64,000 bases of DNA from Lingula anatina. Lineage: Eukaryota; Animalia; Brachiopoda. Made by a program: the position numbers and the translations under genes. This document shows positions 14,601 through 26,700 of this stretch, in pieces. Below the pieces are notes generated by a model that saw only the letters and a list, made by a program, of their open reading frames with translations, had not been told where the DNA came from and did no database searches. How positions within the stretch are numbered: position 1 is the first letter of the stretch; each line of letters starts with the position of its first letter. The stretch spans positions 18,428,567 through 18,492,566 of the forward strand of contig CM120649.1 in the NCBI GenBank assembly GCA_051362555.1. The letters are read 5' to 3'.

Positions 14601-17600
14601 TCGGTAAGGGTGGCGGCCTCAACTACGACCTTTCCTCTGTAATTAAAACCTTCTAATTGATAAGTGTTAAATAGGTGAGACAGGAATTCTCGACTCTTTC
14701 CCAGACGATAATTAAAGTTTACCGTGTCTTACTCTAGTATATGTACAAAATTAATGACAGGTAAAAATGTCAGACTTTCAGTCTGACAAGTATGAAAATT
14801 TTGTCAAACTGAAACAAAACTGTCCGGCAAAAACAAAATTATAGCAATAGGCCAAATTATTTGATTTTTAATTGTATTCATGCGTATTTTCATCGTTTTC
14901 AATCAAAGACAATAAAATCATTCAAATAAAGTGTTTTCCACACATTTCATACTTTTCAACTATCTAAGACAATTAAATATAGTAGGCCTACTTTAATGCT
15001 AACCAAATTTGTATTACTTTACAAATACGTTGTTAGATTATTTTTATTATCCATTTTGTCTTTACCATACATGTATTATGCACGTGTAGCTTACAGAAAG
15101 GCTTTTCTGCATTTTTTTTTTTTTTTTTTTTTTTTGTAATAAACAATTTATACCCATTGAATTTTCCAATTCTCTTGTCATTGAGATCAGAAATAAAGAA
15201 CTTTTTATTTTGCCGATAACGCGTTCAACAAGAGCCGATGTACTTTCTTCTTCGTATGTCTCTGTTGATCTTGATAATATGAGCCCCATTTGTACACATC
15301 AGTAATATGTATACGGGACTGGATACATAATAATAAAAATTTTATCCATGTCTCACGTTAAAAAAAATAGAACCAACCCTGTTAAGGGTTATGAGAGACT
15401 AAAACCTGTGATAGGCCTACTACATTTAAAATGATCACTTATCAATAAAACACACACAAAAAGGATATTACATACAAAACTTTTCAAACCTTCTCTTTGT
15501 TGTTACACAAAAAGTTGTGAAAGTTCTTGAATTTTTTGTAAGTACCCCGGTAGAATCCCCGTGAAAAACTTCACAGCTTTTACTTTCTTTTTCCATAATC
15601 TCATGCTTAAAGTCTTTTCTTTCTTTTAAGGCCCCTATTCTTCAGCTTTTTCTTCAGATCTTTATAATGTTTTTTTCTCGCATTGTTTACCCCCGAGTTC
15701 TATTTGCAGATAGTTCGTTATATCCGTTGATTAACTAAGCATTTCTGTTTTTTATTATAGCACCGTTGATCTCCTAATATTATAGTTTTTCTTCTCGCCT
15801 TCGAAATGTTCAGCACAAACGTGATTGGGAAATAATTTTATACTATAACTTAACATGTTACGTGTTGAATGGCCATAAAACATTTCTTAGTTCAAAGTAT
15901 TAAAATGAGTTTTACTCATTTCCACAAACCTTGAGATAGTTGTTCTACCTCCATTTTGTCTCTTGTATGATAAACTATGGACACATCATATTCTATATCT
16001 TCACCTAGAAATACACAAGTTATTTACTTATTATATTCATCTTATACACAATTTGATTCACAGATGTAGCCAAGATCTCATTACTACAGAATTATAGAAT
16101 TACATAGTTACATAATTTACATAACATAATTACAGAAGTCAACTGTGTCTAATTATTATGCCAGTTCCAATTCAGGATTCAAAAGACACCACAAAACAAG
16201 CTAAGTTTGACTTTCAAATCACAAAGTATTCAAAATATTTCAGTAATTAATTACTAGGAAGATACATTATATCCACAGTACTTTTAAAATAATTTTTTAT
16301 CTCCTTGATAATATTTAATGGTGGAGCATCCCACCTCTTCAAACAGCAACTTTGCTTGTTGTGCTTGCATCTGGTGGTATAACAAATTTTGAAAAATAAA
16401 AACAAGTCAATATATCAGTGATATCAAACTATCAAACTCAGGGTAACACGTACATGTATGATAAGCTGACAGAGACAGTTACTGTAATAAACAACATTTT
16501 AATACTCAGGGGTATTACCTTTGATCCTCATTGATAAATATTTCAAAAATCCTTCCTCTCTGCTATCTATTGGAGTCATATGTCTCAAAGGTAAAGGTAA
16601 CTTTCTCTGTTCTTCACTGGTGATGTCTCCATATACAGGGATGACTTGCTTTTGCTGTGACATAGCTGCATCCATTATCCCTTTTCTTTCCATTATCAAC
16701 GAAAAACTAAAATAAAGAACCGTAATTTATGTGAATTTTGGTATATATTAAAAGATTTGTGAGAGAACGGGACTTTTTTCAGAATTCATAGACAAACTTA
16801 AAGGACAATAGCCACAGCATCAGAATGGCCTGAACGGAACATTTTCTTCAGAAAACATGCCCAACTAACGATATCTTTATCCAAACACACAAATTAAAAG
16901 CTCATTTTGTAAATTTTTGGCTTTAAAAAACGTCCTATTTGCTCCGCCTGGGAGTTAATGAGCTATGTGGTCACGTTGTCCAATGACGACAATCGTGCCA
17001 CCGGAGAAGAAAGCGTGCTTAGCTGTCAAACTGAGCTGCGTTGTCTACCTGTAAGATGACTTTTTGACAACTGATAAAAGTTCATACTCTTCAAATCTCT
17101 TACCAGTGGGGTCTAAATCCCCGTGAAGCTGTGTAAAACCATTTCCAGTCTATTCAATTCTTTAACAAGCAATTAATTATGGTTATCCCAAGTTGTATAA
17201 AACACTGCATTTGAATGACTTAAGGGTACTGTTGATTATTGCATATGAGGTCCGTGTTATTTGTGAAATTCAATTTATTTTATTAAACCTCTGACACCCC
17301 GTCTTGCATACTTTTATTTAACTGAGGTAAACAATGCCTGTTACCTTTACAAGTCCTATCTTAATCATCCATCTAACTGGAACTTCCTTTACCTCTTAAT
17401 TAGAGGGTTAAATGGCATTCAATTCTCCTCCCCAATCCAACTCTCGCTGACGATATTTATCTCAGGTAAAAATCTACCTGTGCGTTAGTTTCAAAGAGCA
17501 GCTCCCGCAGACCTGGGGGTACTAGATAAAATCTGAATACCAGGTTTATCGAGGAGCTAGAGAAACAAAGAATTTTTCCTGCACAGCTTCATAGGAATTT

Positions 17601-20600
17601 TAACACGGACTTGATCCAGCTTAGACCTCCAAACATGGGCAATTTTCACAAACAAATAATAAAACTATATTTCAGTTAGCCTCCTTTTAAATAAATATAC
17701 TGTTCTGGGTAAATAAGAATATTTATTAAATCGAGAGAATATTTTTGACTTAAATGATGATTTCATTATCAATGGAAATTAAGCTACTATATGAGGTACG
17801 TAGCTGTAATTGCGCTTTCCTTCATGTTTTGCGTTAGTGTACATTTTGCTGTGTGTGCTTGTAATTTTTTTAAATCTGTGCATACAATTTTTGCAGGTCT
17901 GGTTACGCCCCTGTTATGTGATAAAAGTCTAAATTTGGCAATTAGTTCCTAAGCTTATTTAAATAGAATTGCAGTGTAAAAATTTCAACAAGATGTTGGC
18001 GCAATAGCCCTTTACTCTTTGTGGATATTTCCCCCGTCAAAGTTTGTCTAAAATTATCTTTCAATCTTTACTCTTTCAAGGACAGTATAAAGTTATCTGG
18101 CATATTTTCATGAAAACTTAATGACAAGCCAAGTGTCTCCAGTTCATTTACGACTCAATTTTACCCAAGCAAATTTTTTTTCTTGAGTAGATCTTTATAG
18201 CACGGTGTTATAATACAATTTTTCGAACAGGGGATTTAAATCAATATTTAAAACAAGGTAGCAAAGCTGTCAAATGTACAGACAAAAAGCAGGAAATAAC
18301 AAAGTACATTATGTTAAAATGCAAATTCAACATCAAATTTTAATTATGCTCAACAGGTAATACCAATGTAAGTCAAATGTGTAACAAGCATAGGGCTTCA
18401 GGCCCATGGGAGTTCAAGTTCACACTTTGAAAATGTAAAACTTCCAGAAAAAGAAGTCAATTAGACTGCTTTTCCAACTCAGGCTGCATTTTAGTCCTGT
18501 ATTTCTTTTCTGAAAGTTTGGCAATCATAAGTAACATGGTTTTCCCATAATGGTCATCATGGCAGCAGCACCCAAAATTGTGTTTTCTTCTATTTTGATG
18601 CAATATTACATAATGGTTAACAGCATAATGACCGTCAATTTTTAATAATAAAGTATACGTGTCATGGATTTTCAGAAAATGTGACTAGCATGGGTCTTCA
18701 AGCCCGAGGAACTTCAAAGTCACACCTTGAAAATGCCAATATGTGAAAAATTTAATTTTCACAAAAAATTGTTTAACTGGCAGAAAGAATTACCAAACAG
18801 ACTGCATTGCCTACTGAAGCTGTATTTTAGTCCTATGTTTCTTTCCTGTAAGTTTGAGAACAGTAAGTGACATGGTTTTTCTTAGAGCGCATTCTCAACG
18901 AATTAAGCCAGGCTTTACAAAGCCGGTGACCTAAAAATGGCGGACGTACATGAAAGAAAAACCGCCTAATCTTTTAATAGTCTCTCTGCCTCCCCACACG
19001 TCGTCCCTGCGGGGTACAGTAATTAAATCTCGGCTCCGTTCGCCATGCGGAAGCTACCTGAGAAATATTAAGTGCGCATGCTCACCAGTTAACCTCGTGG
19101 TAAAGAAGGCATGGCGGCTGAAGGCGATCGAAGGAAAAAAGCTCTTCTGTTCTATTATCTTTGAAAACAGAGACGAAAAAGGAATAATTTGGCCCGTAGA
19201 GCAGCAATGAATCGACTATCTACAGAGAAAATATCACCAGAGATATTCACGGAAATATTAATGTTCGGAGCCGAGATTTAATTACTGTACCCCGCAGGGA
19301 CGACGTGTGGGGAGGCGTGTGAGAGGCAGAGAGACTATTAAAAGATTAGGCGGTTTTTCTTTCATGTACGTCCGCCATTTTTAGGTCACCGGCTTTGTAA
19401 AGCCTGGCTTAATTCGTTGAGAATGCGCTCTTAAATGGTCATCATGGGAGCAGTGCCCAAAATAGGTTTTTTTCAAGTTTTGATGCAATATTACATAATG
19501 TTTAACAGCATAATGACCATCAATTTTTAATGATAAAATATTATTATTATGGATATTCAGAAAATGTGACTAGCAAAGGTCTTCAGGCCCATGGAACTTC
19601 AAAGTCACAACTTGAAAATGCCAAAATGTAAACAAGACAGCACTGTTCTGAAATGTTTTTTTTTTTTCCATTTTTAACAATTTTTAACATAAAACAAAAT
19701 TAACAGTTTACTGCCATTTTCATATGATCAACTAAGAAAATTGATGAGATGGGAAAAATATCAATAGAGCAGTGTTAAATGTCCAATTTCTTCCATTCTG
19801 AGATTCTGAACATAGTGAATGATTGAATCTGACAAACTGCAATGATATGAGTTTATTTCCATTTTTGAAACTTTATTACACAATACACGATAACAAGTTT
19901 ACCATCATTTTTACAAAATCAACTAACAATGTTGTAAAGATGCAGGAAATGTCAAACAAACACTTTGACGTATCTTATTAATTAAATAATGAAACTGTTA
20001 ACATGCCTAAGAGTTGAATCTGAGGAAATGTGAAAAAACAGCATAACTTCTAAAATAATGGCCCGATTATGCTGATTTTTGGACTCAACCTGCGTTTTAG
20101 CAGGATTGACCACTCCTGTGAGTTTAATGACAATTGGCCTATCTGTTTTTCTTGCATTGTGTTTACAGTATTGCATATATGCTGAAAAGTGAAAAAAAAA
20201 GCATAACTACTAAAATAGTGGCCTGATCATGCCGATTTTCAAACTTGACCTGCGTTTTAGTAAGATCGATTACTCCTGTAAGTTTCATGACAACGGGCCT
20301 ATCGGTTTTCCTTGAAACATGTTAACAGTGTTGCATATATGCTGAAAAGTGAAAAAACAGCATAACTTCTACAGTAATGGCCCGATCATGCTGATTTTCG
20401 AACTTGTTTTGCGACATCTGCGTCTGCGTCTGTACATAAAAATTGTAGCTTCATACTTAAAAGAATTGGGTATCTCCCGCTTTTCATAACGTACTAAGTT
20501 ATATTCAATGAAGTAAGTTATATACAATGAACTAAGGTGTCAGTAGTGCTCGTTTTTACACCCAACATTCTTTTAAAAAAATCCGTTTGTGGCTTTCTTA

Positions 20601-21987
20601 TACTCCTTACCAGGTTAAATCTCCATGCATAATTTAAAATGTACTAACGTATGTAAAACTGCACATTTAGTAAACACATTAAATTAATGATTTTTATGTA
20701 TACATATAGCCATCATCTGCGTCTGTCGTCGCCGTCGCCGTCGTCGCCGTCGCCGTGCACTTTTACCGATAACACGATAAGTGGAAAACCATTTTACCTT
20801 TTGACTTGAAACTTGCAGAACTGATGAATATTCATAATACGCAGGTCAAGTTCGAAAATCAGCATGATCGGGTCACTTTTAGGGAATTTATGCAGTTTTT
20901 TCACTTTTTTCAGCATATATGCAGCACCGATAACACGATAAGTGGAAAACCATTTTACCTTTTGACTTGAAACTTACAGAACTGATGAATATTCATAATA
21001 CGCAGGTCAAGTTCGAAAATCAGCATGATCGGGTCACTTTTAGGGAATTTATGCTGTTTTTTCACTTTTTTCAGCATATATGCAGCACCGATAACACGAT
21101 AAGTGGAAAACCATTTTACCTTTTGACTTGAAACTTACAGAACTGATGAATATTCATAATACGCAGGTCAATTTCGAAAATCAGCATGATTGGGCTATTT
21201 TGAGGGAATTTATGCTGTTTTTTCACTATTTTCAATATAAATGCAACACTGATAACACAATATAAGAAAAACGGATTGGCCAATTGTAATTATACTCACA
21301 GGAGTGGTCAATCTTACTAAAACGCAGGTTGAGTTCGAAAATCAGCATAATCGGGCCATTATTTTAGAAGTTATACTGTTTTTTTCACATTTCCTCAGAT
21401 TCAATTCTTAAGCATGTTAACAGTCTCATTATTTAACTAATAAGATGCCTAAAAGTGTTTGTTTGATATTTCCTGCATCTTTACAACATTGTTAGTTGAT
21501 TATGTAAAAAACATGGTAAACTTGTTATCATGTATTGTGTAATAAAGTGTCAACAAGGCAGCAAAGCTGTCAAATGTACAGACAAAAAAACAGAAAATAA
21601 AGATGCAAATAAGTGAAAAATTAAATTTTCACAAAAAACTGTTAAATTGCCAGAAAAATTTACCAAACAGACTGCGTTGCCTATTGAAGCTGTATGTTAG
21701 ACCCATGTTTCTTTCCTGTAAGTTTGAGAACAGTAAGTGACATGATTTCCCTTAAATGGTCATCATAGGAGCAGTGCACAAAATAGGGGTTTCTTCAAAT
21801 TTTGATGCAACATTACATAATGTTTAACAGCATAATGACAATCAAATGTTATTAATAAAATATTAGTAACATGTTCATTCAGAAAATGTGACAAGCAAAA
21901 GTCTTCAGGATCATGGAACTTTAAAGTCACACCTTTAAAATGCCAATATGTGAAAAATTAAATTTTCAAAAAAAACTGTTTAACTGC

Positions 21988-22036
<49 letters not shown>

Positions 22037-23666
22037 AAATACAAAACAGACTGCATTGCCTACTGAACCTGTATTTTAGTCCCATGTTTCTTTCCTGTAA
22101 GTTTGAGAACAGTAAGTGACATGATTTTCCTTAAATGGTCAAAATAGGGGTTTCTTCAAATTTTGATGCAATATTACATAATGTTTAACAGCTTAATGAC
22201 CATCAATTTTTAATTATAAAATATTTGTATCACAGATATTCAGAAAATGTGACTAGCAAAGGTCTTCAGGCCCATGGAACTTCAAAGTCACACCTTGAAA
22301 ATGCCAAAATGTAAACAAGACAGAACTGTTCTGAAATGGGTTTATTTCCATTTTTAACACTTTTTTAACATAAAACAAAATAAACATTTTACTGCCATTT
22401 TTATATGACCAACTAAGAAAATTGATGAGATGGGAAAAGTATCAATAGAACAGTGTTAAATGTCCAATTTCCTCCATTCTGAGATTCTGAACATAGTGGA
22501 TGATTGAATCTGACAAACTGCAATGATATGAGTTTATTTCCATTTTTGACACTTTATTACACAATACATGATAACAAGTTTACCATGTTTTTTACATAAT
22601 CAACTAACAATGTTGTAAAGATGCAGGAAATATCAAACAAACACTTTAAGGCATCTTATTAGTTAAATAATGAGACTGTTAACATGCCTAATAACTGAAT
22701 CTGAGGAAATGTGAAAAAAAAGTATAACTTCTAAAATAATGGCCCGATTATGCTGATTTTCGAACTCAACCTGCATTTTAGTAAGATTGACCACTCCAGT
22801 GAGTATAATTACAATTGGCCAATCCGTTTTTCTTATATTGTGTTATCAGTGTTGCATTTATATTGAAAATAGTGAAAAAACAGCATAAATTCCCTAAAAA
22901 TGGCCCAATCATGCTGATTTTCGAACTTGACCTGCGTATTATGAATATTCATCAGTTCTGTAAGTTTCAAGTCAAAAGGTAAAATGGTTTTCCACTTATC
23001 GTGTTATCGGTGCTGCATATATGCTGAAAAAAGTGAAAAAACAGCATAAATTCCCTAAAAGTGACCCGATCATGCTGATTTTCAAACTTGACCTGCGTAT
23101 TATGAATATTCATTAGTTCTGCAAGTTTCAAGTCAAAAGGTAAAATGGTTTTCCACTTATCGTGTTATCGGTAAAAGTGCACGGCGACGACGGCGACGAC
23201 GGCGACGACAGACGCAGATGATGGCTATATGTACAGACACATCTGTGTCTGTACATAAAAATGGAAATAAACTCATATCATTGCAGTTTGTCAGATTCAA
23301 TCATCCACTATGTTCAGAATCTCAGAATGGAGGAAATTGGACATTTAACACTGTTCTATTGATACCTTTCCCATCTCATCAATTTTTTTAGTTGGTCATA
23401 TAAAAATGGCATTAAAATGTTTATTTTGTTTTATGTTAAAAAAGTGTTAAAAATGGAAATAAACCCATTTCAGAACAGTGCTGTCTTGTTTACATTTTGG
23501 CATTTTCAAGGCGTGACTTTGAAGTTCCATGGGCCTTAAGACCCCTATTTTGGGCACTGCTTCCATGATGACCATTTAAGGAAAATCATGTCACTTACTG
23601 TTCTCAAACTTACAGGAAAGAAACATGGGACTAAAATACAGCTTCAGTAGGCAATGCAGTCTGTTT

Positions 23667-23715
<49 letters not shown>

Positions 23716-26700
23716 GCAGTTAAACAGTTTTTTGTGAAAATTTAATTTTTCACATATTGGCATTTTCAAGGTGTGACTTTGAAGTTCCATGATCTTGAAG
23801 ACTTTTGCTTGTCACATTTTCTGAATGTCCATGTTACTAATATTTTATTAATAACATTTGATTGTCATTATGCTGTTAAACATTATTTAATGTTGTATCA
23901 AAATTTGAAGAAACCCCTTTTTTGGGCACTGCTCCTATGATGACCATTTAAGGGAAATCATGTCACTTACTGTTCTCAAACTTATAGGAAAGAAACATGG
24001 GACTAAAATACAGTTTCAATAGGTAACGCAGTCTGTTTGGTAAATTTTTCTGGCAATTTAACAGTTTTTTGTGAAAATTTAATTTTTCACTTATTTGCAT
24101 CTTTATTTTCTATTCTTTGTCTGTACATTTGACAGCTTTGCTGCCTTGTTTTTAATGCTACTAGTAGCAAACAATGCTTTTTTTCTTGATCTGCTATATG
24201 TTTTTGGGTTTGACAAAGCTTACAAATTTGCAAAAAATTTTGCGTACAGACGCAGAACTTGCGTTTCAAGTTATAAAATGATAAATCTTTTAAATTATTT
24301 AATATTTCAAATGAAATAACCATCAGAAACAAATCCTCAAAGCATAAACGAATTAGGATAACAAACCATTTTATTACAGCAGTTCCCATTTTTTCTTTAA
24401 TATACCGCTCTTTTTCCTGTTTTTCCACAACACGTTTTCTTCCACGGAAGTAATGCCTGGGCATACGCATGCTTCAAGATACCCTGAGAGCAATTACTTT
24501 TATTAATGTTCGCGACCGTGTTTGAACTTAATTGTTTAAATATTAATATTTAACGTCATTTACAAATACCAATAAAATAACCCCATGAAGTAAATGAGAT
24601 ATATTGAAAAATATGAAAGCCCACCAAGACGAGTTGGATACCTGTTATTACCTGGCTTGGGAGGTGCAGCAGTGCATAATTAACAGGTTTTATTGTTAAC
24701 GAGCACTTGGTGAACTACAATGCATTTGAAATGCATCAGCAATTAGTAAGTTTGCCAATTGATGACAGTTAATCTAAAAGACTATCAGCTTTTGATATGA
24801 TCTAAAACACCTGAGGTGACCGAGATCTGGAGCATCGCAATTATTGTCACCGAAGTTAGTAAGTAAGTCACAGAAGACCGTCACAGACAAAGAAAGATTG
24901 TCAAGGAGTGCTGCAATTTTGGTGAATCCCACGGCAACACACTGAGGCATAATGTACTTTCCTAAACTATTCTGTCTGTATGCATCATGCAGTTCAGTTG
25001 AGTCTCATAGACCTTTATCCTCATTGCCGTCACAGTACCACGTGACCCAGATCTGTTGCTTCATTTATGCATATTGAGGTGAGGTTTACTAAAACGCTTT
25101 TTTTTCTACTAATATATTGTTTTTATAATTTTTAAATGGCAGGGATTGATTAAGACATACATCTTGTGAATAGATTGAGTGCTGAATCTTCAGAATTTGA
25201 GAAATGGATTTTTATGTGGCTATTGTCCTTTAAAGAATTAACACAGAAAAAAGTTTCCAGACTCAACTCATAACTTAAATAATAAACCAAATTTTATGTA
25301 AATTTTGTCATATGATATTAAAGGATGTGTGAGAGAGAGAGGGACTTTTTTCAAAATTCAATGAGAAAAGCAAAGAACAGACACACAAAAACAGATACAA
25401 TCAAAGTACTGTATACAGAAGATGCCAAGAATACACTTACAACTTACCACATACTACAAATAATACATAAACAGATTTTTTTCTGTAGATAGCATAAGTT
25501 TTTTTCAAAAGCATTCTTATTCTGCATAAATTTGGCTTGATCCCCTTTTGAATCACAAGTAAACAATAATTTCACAACGACTATTAATGGATTAATTTGT
25601 GTTCTTAACTGTCATTTCTAATACCTATAACACTGTTGTTAATGAAATGTGTAGTTATACATTACTTAAATCAAAAATTAAGTAACCAGCTCTCGACCAG
25701 TGTATATAGCATATGGCAATTTGCACTACATTCAAATATAATGTGTGTAATAGATTCTACCACATCCAGACAGAAATAACAAATTTCAAAGAGAGACACC
25801 TTATACTTACTCATGCAGGTAATGTGTAGTTATATACAGCAGTATTCTCCTGGATTGTTTCAAGGCATACTGAAGCATATCCTTTACTTTATTTTCAAAA
25901 GGAGAGTCACTTTCAATCAACATACAAATCACCCCTTGTCCTGCTAAATCTGATAAAATGTAAAATATATGTTAAATATTCAACTCCAGATATACATGCA
26001 TTTCACTGAAACTTACTTAATGTATTCAATTTATATTAAATGTAATATAGATTATTTACCTGTAGAATATGCCTCTTATTTAGTAGTAAGTAATATAATT
26101 AACTTACGGTAAAGTGCCATGAATTTCGAACGGCTCTTGAATTTCGAACGATCTTAAAATCGGCCGTCTGGAGTTTTTTCTGGACCATGAATTTCGGCCA
26201 GTAAGCAATTTTGCGCGATCTTGATTTCGTGAATTTCGTACCCCTTAAAATCGGCCACCGGGCTATTCTCGTGCTTATAAAGATTTAACAGTCGGCAATG
26301 TTGGCCTCGCGTACCTTTACCTGAGTACTACGTGTGCGGCCCAAGGTGCAAGATAACGATCGGTACAGTTAGTTTAGGACGCTAAACAACATCGTCATAT
26401 CCATTCATTCAGATAACAGGAGAATCTATTAAGAGTTGTACCTGTCGGGCTGTTGATTCTTTACCGCAGTATCCGGTGTGAGATAGCGATCGGTAGTTTT
26501 GCTGAGGCGCACAATAGCATTGTTAACAGTAGAGACTTCAGTAACAGGACAAAAGAGCAATATTAAGAGCTGCAGTAAAAATTACCATTATTGCTTTCTT
26601 GTCTCGCTCAGATCGTTCACGATCTCCCGCTGACGATCTTCCCCTAATGAAGTTCCTTGAAATGTACAAATGAAATGAAAAATATTTTTAAAAATTTATA

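Larger units (their letters stand above)
16802..25229. mobile_element. Kolobok-like DNA transposon (TTAA TSD) carrying nested elements
   Basis: ttaa|aggacaatagccaca ... tgtggctattgtcct|ttaa; empty site acttaaagaattaac in the paralogous intron at about 7781. Confidence 0.85.
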
